DNA from: Candidatus Campbellbacteria bacterium
GTDB taxonomy: Bacteria; Patescibacteriota; Minisyncoccia; Phycocordibacterales; GCA-2747955
Reading direction: 5' to 3'
Length of the DNA: 64,000 bases
NCBI GenBank assembly: GCA_002747955.1
Contig: PDQZ01000010.1
Span: forward strand, 18,931-82,930
The notes beneath the pieces were generated by a model. That model was given only the letters and a program-made list of their open reading frames with translations. It did no database searches and was not told the DNA's origin. Shown one piece after another: positions 7,434 to 18,337 of this stretch. Both the position numbers and the translations under genes were made by a program. Each line of letters begins with the position of its first letter. Position 1 is the stretch's first letter.

Positions 7434-10128
7434 ATGCCAGATTTAAACAATTTTACACAAAAAGCCCAGTCAAATATAAGATTTGCTCACGAGCTTGCAA
7501 TGGAGAGAAGTCAAAACCAAGTAACTCCAGTTCACTTAATGGCTTCTATGCTTTTGTCTGAAGATTCAATCGCTATTACAGTATTGGAAGATTTAAGTGT
7601 GGACTATGAAAAATTTCTTGCTTTTTTAATGGAGGAGCTTGACGGTATTGCAAATTTAGAAATTAAAAGTCAAAACTTAAACCCGCCATTCCAAATGTTT
7701 TTAACAGGTGAAATTTTGATGATTTTTGATGAAGCGTCAAAGCTTGCACGTTCTGAAAAAGAAAGACATATTTCAACAAAACATATTTTCCAAGCATTTT
7801 TCAAAGCTAAAGATCAGTTTGTTTTCAGAATGCTTGAATCTTTCGGTGTCAAAGAAAAAGATGTTGTGGAAGTTTTAAAAAAAATAAAAGCTGAAGACAA
7901 AAAAGTTCAAAGAAAAAACAAAAATGTTTTTTTGCAAAAGTTTACAAAGTCGCTAACAGACATGGCTCTTTCAAACAAACTTGATCCTGTTTACGGACGA
8001 GAAAAAGAACTTCAAAGACTTATTCAAATCATTTCAAGAAGAAAAAAGAACAACCCACTTTTGATGGGTGATGCAGGAGTTGGAAAAACTTCTGTGGTCG
8101 AAGCGCTGGCTCAGAAAATTGTCAAAGGAGATGTTCCATCTTTTTTGCAAAATAAAAAAATCGTTTCACTTGATATGGGGCTTTTAATCGCTGGAACAAA
8201 ATTCAGAGGAGAGTTTGAGGACAGGCTAAAAGGAGTGATCAAAGAAGTAAAAAATTCAAATGGGGAAATCATTTTATTTATCGATGAAATTCACACCATC
8301 GTTGGAGCAGGTTCTGCTGGATCTGACCAACTTGATGCTTCAAATATTTTAAAACCTGATTTGGCTCGAGGAGAGTTAAATGTTATTGGAGCAACAACAA
8401 CAGACGAATACCAAAAACATATTGAAAAAGATTCGGCTTTAAACAGAAGGTTTCAACCAATTTATGTTTCAGAACCGTCACAAAAAGATACACTGGCAAT
8501 TTTAGAAAAAATTCGTCAAAGATATGAAGTTTTTCACGGAGTAAAAATTTCAGACAAAGCTTTGGAAAAAGCTGTTGAATTTTCTGTAAGGTATTTACCT
8601 TCAAGATTTTTGCCAGATAAAGCCATTGACTTGCTTGATGAGGCTTCAGCCCAGGTGCGTGTTTTGATTTCTTCAAAACCTGAGGTTTTGAAAAAAGCCG
8701 ACAGTCACATTGTTTCTTTGTTGGCTGAAAAGCAAGCTTTGGAAAAAGAAAATACAGTTAAAGCCAAAAGAGAAATTAAAGAACTTGAAAAGAAAATTTC
8801 TGATTTGAAAGAAGAAGTTTCTGATTTTTCTTTGAGCTGGCAAAAAGAACTTGAAGTAACAGGCGAGATTAAAAAATACAAACAAGCAAAAGACAACTTG
8901 GAGCAAGCACTGGAAATTGCTTCGTCTGAAGGTGAAATTGATATTGTTTCAGAAGTAAAATACATTGAACTTCCAAAAGTTACAAAGATTTTGTCAAAAA
9001 AACAAAAAGAGCTTGTTGCTTTGCAAAAAAGGCGAATGATTAAAAACCAAGAAGTAACAGAAGAAGATATTGCCAAGGTCATTTCAGTTTGGACAAAAAT
9101 TCCAGTTGAAAAAATGATGCAACAAGAAGTTAAAAAACTTTTAGAAATTGAAAACTTTTTGTCTTCAAAAATCATTGGTCAAGAAAATGCAATTGAAAAA
9201 ATCGCAAGTGCTGTCAAAAGATCGAAAACAGGAATCTCTGACATTTCTATTTTTAGGTCCAACTGGTGTTGGTAAAACAGAACTTACAAAACAGCTAGCC
9301 GGATTTGTTTTTGGAAATTCTGACTCTTTGATTAAAGTTGATATGTCAGAACTTATGGAGGGACATTCAGTTTCAAAACTTATCGGTTCGCCTCCAGGAT
9401 ACGTAGGTTATGAAGAAGGTGGATCTTTGACAGAACAGGTGCGACACAACCCTTATTCGATTGTTCTGTTCGACGAGATCGAAAAAGCTCATTCTGATAT
9501 TTTCAATATTTTGTTGCAAATTCTTGATGATGGAAAAGTGACAGATTCAAAAGGGCGTGTGGTTAACTTTAAAAATACAATTATTATTTTAACTTCAAAT
9601 ATTGGAACTGAGATATCAGATACAATGAACAAAATTGGTTTTGAAAAAGAACAAAAAACTAAAAAAGTTAAAAGTGATAAAGAGAAGTACCAAGAAGTTA
9701 AAAACAAAGCTATTGAAAACTTGAAAAATTACTTTAAACCTGAGTTTTTAAATAGACTTGATGAGATTGTGGTTTTTGAAGCTTTGTCTGAAAAAACTTT
9801 GGAGAAAATTGTAAAACTTGAGCTTGATGTTGTTTCTGAAAGATTGAAAGAGAAAAATATTGATTTGAAGGTGACTAAAAAAGCTATTGATGAATTAATC
9901 AACGATGATTATCCAAAAGAGTTTGGAGCAAGGCCAATTCGAAGAATTATTCAAGAAAATATTTTAGACAACTTATCAGATCAGATTTTGAAAAATTACG
10001 AGCAAAAGGGAGTCTTTACAGTTGATTTTAAAAACAAAGAATTTGTCTTTGATTTTAAAGTATCGAAAAGTAAAATTTCAACAAGAAGAAAAAGTAAGTT
10101 AAAAGAAGTGGTTAAAAAAGCAGTTTAG
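7434..10128 (+). pseudogene. clpB: ClpB/ClpC-type AAA+ chaperone ATPase interrupted by a frameshift (two ORFs, 7434..9275 and 9148..10128)
   Basis: N-terminal Clp repeat, NBD1 Walker A GDAGVGKTS, a coiled-coil middle domain, then ...IIGQENAIEKIASAVKRSKTGIS. The +1 frame continues ...[22 protein letters not shown] (NBD2 Walker A), then sensor-2 and the C-terminal domain. About 6 residues expected between GxSD and FLFLGP are missing and the frames overlap at 9148..9275. Confidence 0.7.
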
Positions 10129-10265
10129 AAAACCAAATTTTGTCCTTCGGACAAAATTTGGTTTTTTGTAATGATTTAAAATATATTTCGAAAGCGTCTC
10201 TGTTTAAGGGTTTACAAGAATAAATTATCATGATATAATTTTTTAAAATTAAACAAGAGGTAAAA

Positions 10266-10796
10266 ATGAATTCAGAATTTAAAATTATAAAACCAAAATT
10301 TTTATATCACGGTTCAGAAACTCCTGATTTAAAAATTTTAAAACCGCAAGTTCCAAGGGGTGAAAATAATGTAAATGAACCTTGCGCGGTTTACGCAAGT
10401 GACGATAAGGCAATATCAACAATGATTGCTTATCGGACTGTTCGCAATCCAGATACTTTTCTTTGTGTAAACAATATAAGAGATAAAAAAATAATCAATT
10501 ATATTGGTAAGTTAAGCAAAGAAGAGTATTTAAAAACTGACAATCCTTTTAGTTTGTATAAACTAGACAGTGAAGACTTTTATCATCACGATGAAGGCGA
10601 TATGTCTGAGTTTATAGCAGATCAAGAGCAAAGAGTTCTTTCAGAAGAAAAATTTGATTCGGTACTTAAGGAATTGGTAAAATACGGAGTTAACTTTTAT
10701 TCTGTTTCTGAAGATGTGTTTGAAGAAATAAAGTCAGACATGTCAAAAAATATGGAAGTTTTGAAAAGGGAAGGATTAAAACCACTTTATTTTTAA
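10266..10796 (+). CDS. Hypothetical protein
   Basis: 176-aa ORF with an acidic C-terminal half. No motif recognised. Confidence 0.45.
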   Translation: MNSEFKIIKPKFLYHGSETPDLKILKPQVPRGENNVNEPCAVYASDDKAISTMIAYRTVRNPDTFLCVNNIRDKKIINYIGKLSKEEYLKTDNPFSLYKLDSEDFYHHDEGDMSEFIADQEQRVLSEEKFDSVLKELVKYGVNFYSVSEDVFEEIKSDMSKNMEVLKREGLKPLYF

Positions 10797-10823
10797 AATT
10801 AAAAGCATTTTTGTTTTTGATTT

Positions 10824-10860
10824 TGAAACCCGAAAATTGCTGTGCAATTTTCGGGTTTTT
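10824..10860 (+). terminator. Rho-independent terminator; variant member of the cccgaaaat hairpin family
   Basis: gaaacccgaaaattgc-tgtg-caattttcgggttttttt. It lies after the 10266..10796 ORF. Confidence 0.6.
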
Positions 10861-10930
10861 TAAATTTGAAATCACAGTTGGTTAACATATTTTAAAATAT
10901 AAAATTTTAAAATATGTTAAAATATACTTA

Positions 10931-12721
10931 ATGAAAAATCAGCAAGTTGATGAAATTAAAAATAGAATTAAAATCAATGATTTGATTTCTGAATATATAA
11001 AGGTAAACAAAGCAGGTTCTGGTTTCAATGCTTTGTGTCCTTTTCATAATGAAAAAACTCCTTCTTTTTCCATTTCGCCTCAAATGGGAATTTATAAATG
11101 TTTTGGTTGTGGTGAAAGTGGGGATATTTTTACTTTTGTTCAAAAATATGAAAATGTAGATTTTCAAAAGGCTTTAGAAAAACTTGCTAAAAAAGCCGGA
11201 GTAAAATTACAAGAATACAAAAAAAGAACTCCTGGAGAGGTTGCATACAAAAAACAGCAAGAGCTTGAAAAAGAGATTTTACTGAATTTACTAAAAGACG
11301 CTACAAAACATTTTCAAATCAATTTATTTCAAAATGAAGATGCTAAAAATTATTTAAAAAAAAGAGGGGTCAAAGAAAAAGTGGTAAAAGATTTTAAACT
11401 TGGATATGCAAAAGAAGGTTGGGCAGATTTAAAAGAGTATTTAGAAAAAAAAGGTTATACCCAAGAACAGATTTTGAAAGTTGGTTTGGTTAAAAAAAAT
11501 GAAGAAAAAAACAGAGTTTATGATAGATTCAGACAAAGAATAATGTTTCCAATTTTTAGCCAATCAGGAGATGTGATTGCTTATTCGGGAAGAGATTTGT
11601 CAGGAAACGACAAAGTGGCCAAATATTTAAACTCACCCCAAACTTTGTTTTTTGATAAGTCAGATATTTTATACGGATTTTATCAAGCAAAAACCGAAGC
11701 TCGAAAAAGAGGTTATTTTATTTTGGTTGAAGGTCAGATGGACTTGATTATGTCGCACCAAACAGGTTTTGAAAATACAGTAGCAACTTCTGGAACTTCT
11801 TTAACTCAAAAACATTTGGACAATATGTCTTACTTTTCTAAAAAAATTATTTTTGCTTTTGACTCTGACCGGGCAGGGATTGAGGCTGCTTTCCGTGGAA
11901 TTAAACTTGCTTTGAAAAATGACTTTGATGTTAAAATTGTTGATATTCAAAAAGGCAAAGACCCAGCTGACATGATTTTAGAAGATCAAAACAGTTGGAA
12001 AAATAGCATTTCGGAAGCAAAAAACTTTATTGATTTTTATATTGGAAAAACTTTAAACACAAACTTAAGTATTAAAGACAAGGTCAAAGAAATGGAAGAG
12101 AAAATTTTACCTTTTGTGGCTCAAATTGAAAATCCTATTGAAAAAGGAAAATATATTTCAAAAATTTCCAAAGGTTTTGATGTTAAAGAAAGTTTTGTGG
12201 AAGATGATTTGAAAAAAATTAAAGAAATTTTGAAAAAACAAGAAGCTGAGGATTATAATAATGAAGTTAAAAATGTTATAATGGAGAGAAAAAAAGTTGA
12301 TATTTTTTCAAAAAATAATATAATAGATAAGACAAAAAAGAAAATATTAAAACAATTATCATCTATTTACTTTTGGCAGAAAAGTTTGTCTGAAAATAGC
12401 TTTGTAAATTATGATGAAATTTTAGTTTTTTTAAGAAAAAATACCCAAAAAGATATTTTCCAAAAGATTATAAGATTGAAAGAGGATGTCAAAAAAGACT
12501 TGATTTTTGAAGTGGAAGAATCATACACAAACAAAGAAAGACACGCCATTGAAACTGATATTGATTTTTTACAAAGAAGACTTTTTGATATTAACAAAAA
12601 AGAAAAAATAAAAAACTTACAAAAGGAACTTTTTTCAACTGACAAAAAAGAAAAAGAAAAGATTTTGAAAGAAATTGATATTTTAAATAAAACAAAATAT
12701 GGCCAAAAAAAAACAGACTAA
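10931..12721 (+). CDS. dnaG: DNA primase
   Basis: Zn-ribbon [36 protein letters not shown] region [11 protein letters not shown]...[11 protein letters not shown]. Conserved dnaG-rpoD synteny with a 23-nt overlap into rpoD. Confidence 0.9.
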   Translation: MKNQQVDEIKNRIKINDLISEYIKVNKAGSGFNALCPFHNEKTPSFSISPQMGIYKCFGCGESGDIFTFVQKYENVDFQKALEKLAKKAGVKLQEYKKRTPGEVAYKKQQELEKEILLNLLKDATKHFQINLFQNEDAKNYLKKRGVKEKVVKDFKLGYAKEGWADLKEYLEKKGYTQEQILKVGLVKKNEEKNRVYDRFRQRIMFPIFSQSGDVIAYSGRDLSGNDKVAKYLNSPQTLFFDKSDILYGFYQAKTEARKRGYFILVEGQMDLIMSHQTGFENTVATSGTSLTQKHLDNMSYFSKKIIFAFDSDRAGIEAAFRGIKLALKNDFDVKIVDIQKGKDPADMILEDQNSWKNSISEAKNFIDFYIGKTLNTNLSIKDKVKEMEEKILPFVAQIENPIEKGKYISKISKGFDVKESFVEDDLKKIKEILKKQEAEDYNNEVKNVIMERKKVDIFSKNNIIDKTKKKILKQLSSIYFWQKSLSENSFVNYDEILVFLRKNTQKDIFQKIIRLKEDVKKDLIFEVEESYTNKERHAIETDIDFLQRRLFDINKKEKIKNLQKELFSTDKKEKEKILKEIDILNKTKYGQKKTD

Positions 12722-13802
12722 AAAAGAATTAAAAAAAGATCAAAAAAATAAAAAAGAAGAAGTTTTAGTAGATGATGTGAACCTAGACCTAGATGGTTTA
12801 GAAGATATCGATATATCTTTAATCGATGATGTTGATTTACCATCAATTGAGGAATTTGAAATTATTGGGGGAAAAGAAAAAGAAGATGATGGATACTTGT
12901 CTTTGAATGATGAGTTTGTTGAAGCTTTTTCAAAAAAAGATAAAAAATCATACGACTCTGTCCAAATTTACTTAAAAGAAATTGGAAGTCATGATCTGAT
13001 TGATTCTGAAGAAGAAGTTGAGCTTGCAAAAAAAGTTCAATTAGGTGATGAAGAAGCTAAGAAAAAGCTTGCTCAAGCAAACTTAAGGCTTGTGGTTTCA
13101 ATTGCTAAAAAATATGCAAACAAGTCTCCAAATTTAACTATGCTTGATTTAATTCAAGAAGGAAACATTGGTTTATATAAAGCCGTAGATAAATTTGACC
13201 ACACAAAAGGGTTTAAGTTTTCAACTTATGCTACTTGGTGGATCAGACAAGCTGTAACGCGTGCACTTGCTGATCAGTCAAAAACAATCAGGGTGCCAGT
13301 GCATATGGTTGAAACTATTACAAAATACAAACAAGTTTTAAGAAGTTTAACACAAGATTTGGGAAGACCACCCGAACCTGAAGAAATTGCAATTGAGATG
13401 GATATTCCAGTTGATAAAATTTACAATATTATGCAAATTGACCAAACCATTGTTTCTTTAGAAACTCCAATTGGAAGTGATTCAGGAGATGATAAATCTG
13501 TTTTGTCTGATTTTATTTCAGATGAAAATGTGGTGAACGGAGATGTTGTTGTAACTCCAGAGCAAGAATCGAGTTTAAGGATTTTAAAAGAAGAAATCAA
13601 AAAAGTTTTATCAAACTTGTCTGAAAAAGAAAGAAAAATTTTGGAAATGAGACATGGACTTGCAGATGGAATTTTTCATACGTTGGAAGAAGTAGGGAAA
13701 GAGTTTGGAGTGACAAGAGAAAGGATAAGGCAAATTGAAGCGAAGGCGCATGAGAAGATTAGGGAAAGTAGTGAGTCTAACCGCTTAAAAGACTTCTTCT
13801 AA
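12699..13802 (+). CDS. rpoD: RNA polymerase primary sigma factor (sigma-70 family)
   Basis: Region 2 [40 protein letters not shown], region 3, and region 4 [12 protein letters not shown]...[23 protein letters not shown]. Confidence 0.9.
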   Translation: MAKKKQTKKELKKDQKNKKEEVLVDDVNLDLDGLEDIDISLIDDVDLPSIEEFEIIGGKEKEDDGYLSLNDEFVEAFSKKDKKSYDSVQIYLKEIGSHDLIDSEEEVELAKKVQLGDEEAKKKLAQANLRLVVSIAKKYANKSPNLTMLDLIQEGNIGLYKAVDKFDHTKGFKFSTYATWWIRQAVTRALADQSKTIRVPVHMVETITKYKQVLRSLTQDLGRPPEPEEIAIEMDIPVDKIYNIMQIDQTIVSLETPIGSDSGDDKSVLSDFISDENVVNGDVVVTPEQESSLRILKEEIKKVLSNLSEKERKILEMRHGLADGIFHTLEEVGKEFGVTRERIRQIEAKAHEKIRESSESNRLKDFF

Positions 13803-13806
13803 AAAA

Positions 13807-13923
13807 ACACCAAAAATTAGCGCCAAGCTTTGTTGGCTTCATAAAATTATTTTTCAACGTAATAACACATACGTCTCAAAATAATTTTACTCGCCGCCTC
13901 GCTTGGCATCTAATTTTTGGTGT
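13807..13923. repeat. 116-bp MITE-like repeat, copy 1 (directly after the rpoD stop)
   Basis: acaccaaaaattagcgccaagc...gcttggcatctaatttttggtgt. The 14-bp terminal inverted repeats extend to an imperfect roughly 22-bp stem. About 93% identical to the copy at 16999..17114. Confidence 0.75.
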
Positions 13924-14121
13924 TTTTTCGTGGCTGAAAGTTTGATAACAAAAACTAAATTTCGCTGCGCGAAATTTGGTTTTCGATTTCTGAAAAATTG
14001 ACATTAAAAAAATAAATGTTAAAATTTTGTTAGGTTTTTATATATAAAAATAGCAGTTTTTCCGAAAGGAAAAACTGCTTATATATAATTTTTGTTAAAC
14101 TCATTTTATTAGGAGAAAGTT

Positions 14122-14808
14122 ATGAGTGATTTAAAAATTAAAAAAATAGGTGAGCCTGAAGGAGATTCTTTTAAAAATATTTTAGAAAACGTTCAAAAGC
14201 AAGCTCAGCTTGAGGGCGTTATAATCGAATTTGAAATTCCTAATGGTGCTTTTGTTCAAGTTGCTCCAGATTCAGATCTGGGCCAGCTTTATTTTAACGC
14301 AATAAGAGTTTCTTGTGAAATAGTTTCTGTTGAAACCATTGGACCTTATTATGAAAATACCAAGGTTCAGATCAGTGGGAGAGTAAAAAGAATAACTGGA
14401 CAAGATCAAGCGGTTAATCTAATCTCTTCTCAGATTGAGAAAACAGAACTTGAATTAAAGCGTAATGGATTAAAAGAAAAATGGGCCAACTCCGACGATG
14501 ATGATTATTGCATGGCAAATCTTAGTGAGTTACACGAAGAGTGCATGAAAGATCAGGAACTCCCCATGTTTGGTAAATACCTTTATAAGTTTATTACCAC
14601 TTGGGCAAAAATCATAAACCGTAGTTTGGATAGGCTTGCTGGCTTTGAATTTTATACAATTGCTGAAAAGTCTTTAGAGTCTACAGAATTTATTTTTGGT
14701 GTAGAGGAGGGATGTCCTTATCTAAAAGATAAGGCCGTTGAACTTCTTTCAAAATATCATCCAAGAGGTGATGAATTGAAGGAGTGGTGGAGTAGAAAAG
14801 TGCGATAA
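14122..14808 (+). CDS. Hypothetical protein
   Basis: 228-aa ORF with an RBS-like aggagaaag 8 nt upstream. A terminator hairpin aacggctttgctttcttggcaaagccgtttttt follows. Confidence 0.5.
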   Translation: MSDLKIKKIGEPEGDSFKNILENVQKQAQLEGVIIEFEIPNGAFVQVAPDSDLGQLYFNAIRVSCEIVSVETIGPYYENTKVQISGRVKRITGQDQAVNLISSQIEKTELELKRNGLKEKWANSDDDDYCMANLSELHEECMKDQELPMFGKYLYKFITTWAKIINRSLDRLAGFEFYTIAEKSLESTEFIFGVEEGCPYLKDKAVELLSKYHPRGDELKEWWSRKVR

Positions 14809-14943
14809 CTCCAATATTTTTAAATTTGTCACAAAACGGCTTTGCTTTCTTGGCAAAGCCGTTTTTTAATATTTTGTGTTATTGATAAATTATATTTTTA
14901 TTGTATAATAAAGAAAGTTTAATATGTGCACTGGAGGTGCAAA

Positions 14944-15579
14944 ATGAAAAAATTATGTTTGTTTTTCTTTGCTTTAACATTTGTTTTTTCTGCTTTTGGG
15001 TACGATTATACAAAATCAGAAAGAGTGTTGATGGGTCAAAGATATTATCCAGCCAATATTTATCATAAGAGTGTTTTAAATAAAAACGCTTACAATCTTT
15101 TAAAGAAAGAAGATGGGGAAGTATGTTTACAAAAAGTTTATACAATGGAGTTTTATGAGTACATAGATTTTTTACACAGAAACTACATTGTTGTAAATGA
15201 TATTGAACATAGAAAAGCACTTGATGTTTCAGTTGATAACTGTTTTTTTCTTTTTGAACACTCTTTGTTTTTCGACAAAGGTTATTTTTACAAAGTGATA
15301 CAAAAACACTTTGTTACTAAGTTTGTAAAAAATAGCAAAAAGATAAAACAGGAATGTCAAAAAGAAAATCTGGACAGAGAAAATTTTTATCAAATGTATA
15401 ATCTTTTTTCTGGAAATTTGTTGCAAGAAGATCCATATATTCTTTATACTGTCGTTATGCAAAACCCTTGTTTTGTATACGATCTAGTAAAAACAGAAGG
15501 TCTGAGTGTTTACAAGGATTATATGGAGATAATTTTGTTTAATTCTGTCAGATATGGAATTAAATATGGTTATTTTTAA
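14944..15579 (+). CDS. Secreted hypothetical protein
   Basis: The signal peptide MKKLCLFFFALTFVFSAFG begins at the second ATG of the tracked ORF. Confidence 0.45.
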   Translation: MKKLCLFFFALTFVFSAFGYDYTKSERVLMGQRYYPANIYHKSVLNKNAYNLLKKEDGEVCLQKVYTMEFYEYIDFLHRNYIVVNDIEHRKALDVSVDNCFFLFEHSLFFDKGYFYKVIQKHFVTKFVKNSKKIKQECQKENLDRENFYQMYNLFSGNLLQEDPYILYTVVMQNPCFVYDLVKTEGLSVYKDYMEIILFNSVRYGIKYGYF

Positions 15580-15620
15580 GAAAAAACAAAACGACTTTAG
15601 TTTTAAATTAAAGTCGTTTT

Positions 15621-15845
15621 TTATGTATCAACCTCTTTGATAAATTCTTCTAGTTGCTCTTTATTTTCATCAATAATTTTTATTTGGCTTTCTCCATTTA
15701 TTTTAATTTCTTTTTTTTCATAATTTACAAACAAAATACCTAAAAAACCACCAAATAAAATTAAAATCATTAAAAAATCAAAAATATCAAATTTGTATTT
15801 TGGCTCATCTTCGGGATCTCTTTTTATTTTTCTTATGTAAATCAT
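15621..15845 (-). CDS. Small membrane protein (hypothetical)
   Basis: 74 aa with a single TM helix (LMILILFGGFLGILFV). Confidence 0.35.
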   Translation of the reverse strand: MIYIRKIKRDPEDEPKYKFDIFDFLMILILFGGFLGILFVNYEKKEIKINGESQIKIIDENKEQLEEFIKEVDT

Positions 15846-15897
15846 TTTTTTTTATTCCTATATTTGTTATAATATCAGAATAATATAAAAAATCAAA

Positions 15898-16992
15898 ATG
15901 TCAGAGAATTATTATGAAATATTAGGAGTAGATAAAAATGCAAGTGCCGATGAGATTAAAAAAGCATTTAGAAAAAAAGCTCACAAATATCACCCAGACA
16001 AAAACGGTGGAGACGATGCAAAGTTTAAAAAGGTAAATGAAGCTTACGCGACTTTGTCAAACGAAAATAAAAGAAAGCAGTATGACGCTTTTGGACAAGC
16101 CGGAGCAAATGCTGGTTCTGGTTTTGGAGGTGGACAGCAAGGTGCAGGTGGTTTTGGTGGTTTTGATTTTTCAGGTTATAGTCAGCAAGGTGGAGGTTTC
16201 GGAGGTTTTGACTTTTCTGATATTTTTTCTGATATGTTTTCTCAGTCAAGAGGGGGCGGACAAAGACAGAAGAAGGGTCATGACTTGCAAACTGATATAA
16301 AAATTACTTTTAAAGAATCTGTTTTTGGAGTTAAAAAGGAATTGAAAATTAAAAAAGATGTTGTCTGTGATAGTTGTGATGCAACAGGGGCTGAAAACGG
16401 ATCTTCTTTTGAAAAATGTAAAGTGTGTGATGGGCACGGGATAGTTTACGAAGTTCAAAATTCAATGTTCGGACAGGTTCAAACTCAAAGAACTTGTTCT
16501 GTGTGTGATGGAAAAGGGGAAGTGCCAAAAAATCTTTGTAAAAAATGTTCTGGAAAAGGAGTTCTAAATAAAACAGAAGAAGTTAAGTTTGAAATTCCAG
16601 CAGGAGTTGAATCTGGGAGTGTTTTGAGAGTTAGAAACAAAGGAGGTGCTGTAAAAGGTGGACAAAATGGAGATTTGTATATCAATGTGGAAGTGGAAAA
16701 TGATCAAAATTTTGAAAAAAAAGGCAACGATATTTACACAAAAGTAGATATTAAAATCACAGAGGCTGTTTTAGGTGGAGAAAAAAAGGTAAAAACAACA
16801 GACGGATATGTTACAGTTAAAATTCCTCAAGGAAGTTTTGATGGAAAAATTTTAAAAGTTAAAAATGAAGGTTTTGTAACTTCAAATGGAACGAGAGGGG
16901 ATTTATATATTGTTTTGAAAATTGAAATTCCGCAGAGGCTTTCGAGAAAGGAGAGGAAGATATTTGAGGAGCTTCAAAAAGAAAACCTCTAA
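15898..16992 (+). CDS. dnaJ: Molecular chaperone DnaJ
   Basis: J-domain YYEILGV...HPDKN, a G/F-rich linker, and four CxxCxGxG zinc-finger repeats ([32 protein letters not shown]). Confidence 0.9.
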   Translation: MSENYYEILGVDKNASADEIKKAFRKKAHKYHPDKNGGDDAKFKKVNEAYATLSNENKRKQYDAFGQAGANAGSGFGGGQQGAGGFGGFDFSGYSQQGGGFGGFDFSDIFSDMFSQSRGGGQRQKKGHDLQTDIKITFKESVFGVKKELKIKKDVVCDSCDATGAENGSSFEKCKVCDGHGIVYEVQNSMFGQVQTQRTCSVCDGKGEVPKNLCKKCSGKGVLNKTEEVKFEIPAGVESGSVLRVRNKGGAVKGGQNGDLYINVEVENDQNFEKKGNDIYTKVDIKITEAVLGGEKKVKTTDGYVTVKIPQGSFDGKILKVKNEGFVTSNGTRGDLYIVLKIEIPQRLSRKERKIFEELQKENL

Positions 16993-16998
16993 AAAAAA

Positions 16999-17114
16999 AC
17001 ACCAAAAATTAGCGCCAAGCTTTGTTGGCTTCATAAAATTATTTTTCAACGTAATAACACATACGTCTCAAATAATTTTATTTGCCGCCGCGCTTGACAT
17101 CTAATTTTTGGTGT
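16999..17114. repeat. 116-bp MITE-like repeat, copy 2 (directly after the dnaJ stop)
   Basis: Same element as 13807..13923 with a few substitutions. The tracked ORF 16922..17104 is an artefact of this element. Confidence 0.75.
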
Positions 17115-17353
17115 TTTTACATATTTGAATGGGTATCTAGCTTTGTCGACTGCACATAAAAATCTCCTCACCTTATATCAAATAAGGCTCGGAGATTTTT
17201 TGTTTGTCTCCTTATTAGACATCTCATTTTTCAAGTATTTTAAAAAATATCAGAAATTGGCTAAAATTTTTGTCGATTGTGTAAAAAAATTTTGGTAGAA
17301 AAAAAAACATGCGAAGCCTGTTTTTTTCTGCCAAAATTCTTCAAAATTTGGTT

Positions 17354-18328
17354 TTATTTTTGTTCCTGATCTTTTTTTGTTGTTCCGGGATTCAGTCTAA
17401 AGTTTTCAATCAAATGATCGTTTTCAAATATCATCGGTCGCGCTGTTGGTTGTCCCCAAGACGTATCGTAAAGCCCCATTAAATAATCATTCAGTTCAAG
17501 TTTATTTTTAAACTCAACTAACTGATAAGGTTCTTGAAAAGAAACTTTTTCAATAAACCAAAACTTTCCATCATTTTTTTGAAGTAAAATTCCAGTGTGC
17601 CCCACAAACAACTCATTGTCCAAGTCGCTGTGCATCCAAACTGAGATTAAAGAAATTTTGTCTGATTTTTTAAACTGAACTTTTCTTTCTTTAAAATAAT
17701 TTTCAATTTTCTGAACATGAACTTTCTGGTCTTTTACCAATTCAGTTGGAATACTTGAAAACAAAGTTTTAAATTTATCTAAATTTTTATAACCAATTTT
17801 TTCTTTGTTATACTTAAGCGACTCTTCATCTATAAACATAAACCTTGAATATTCTTTTTTTGGATCTTGAATTTCAACAAAATCTTCAAAAAGTCTAAAA
17901 GAAGTTATTCGGCAGTTTTGTCCTGGATCATTTTGGTCGTAATTGTTCCAAATTTGATCAATATTTGTTAAGTCATAATCAGGTTTTAATTTATCTATTG
18001 TTTCAAAACCTTTTGTGTTTAAAGTTCCACCAAGTTTAAGTCCGATAAATTTATTGTATAAAGAAACATCATTCATAAACTTATTTACAACCTCATCAGA
18101 AACTCCTACCTTTTGAAGTTCATCTTTCAAATCTTTTTCAACTTCTTCTCCCATTAAGTTTGAATATTTAATTTCTTTTATAAATTCTTGCTCTGTTTTA
18201 TTTTCTTGTTTTTCAATTTTTGTGTTTTGTGTATTTTGAATTTCAATATTTTCTTTTTTATTTACAAAGAAAAACATCGTTAATACTAAAACCAAAAAAA
18301 TTGCTAATATTATTTGTTTTTTATTCAT
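17354..18328 (-). CDS. Secreted hypothetical protein
   Basis: 324 aa with signal/TM leader MNKKQIILAIFLVLVLTMFFF. Conserved-looking Cys (NCRITSF) and His (HTGILL) positions, but the fold was not identified. Confidence 0.45.
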   Translation of the reverse strand: MNKKQIILAIFLVLVLTMFFFVNKKENIEIQNTQNTKIEKQENKTEQEFIKEIKYSNLMGEEVEKDLKDELQKVGVSDEVVNKFMNDVSLYNKFIGLKLGGTLNTKGFETIDKLKPDYDLTNIDQIWNNYDQNDPGQNCRITSFRLFEDFVEIQDPKKEYSRFMFIDEESLKYNKEKIGYKNLDKFKTLFSSIPTELVKDQKVHVQKIENYFKERKVQFKKSDKISLISVWMHSDLDNELFVGHTGILLQKNDGKFWFIEKVSFQEPYQLVEFKNKLELNDYLMGLYDTSWGQPTARPMIFENDHLIENFRLNPGTTKKDQEQK

Positions 18329-18337
18329 ATTTATTTT

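Noticed and set aside
16922-17104. 60-aa ORF overlapping the end of dnaJ
   Set aside because: Its sequence is the second copy of the 116-bp MITE-like repeat. The first copy (after rpoD) is not in an ORF.
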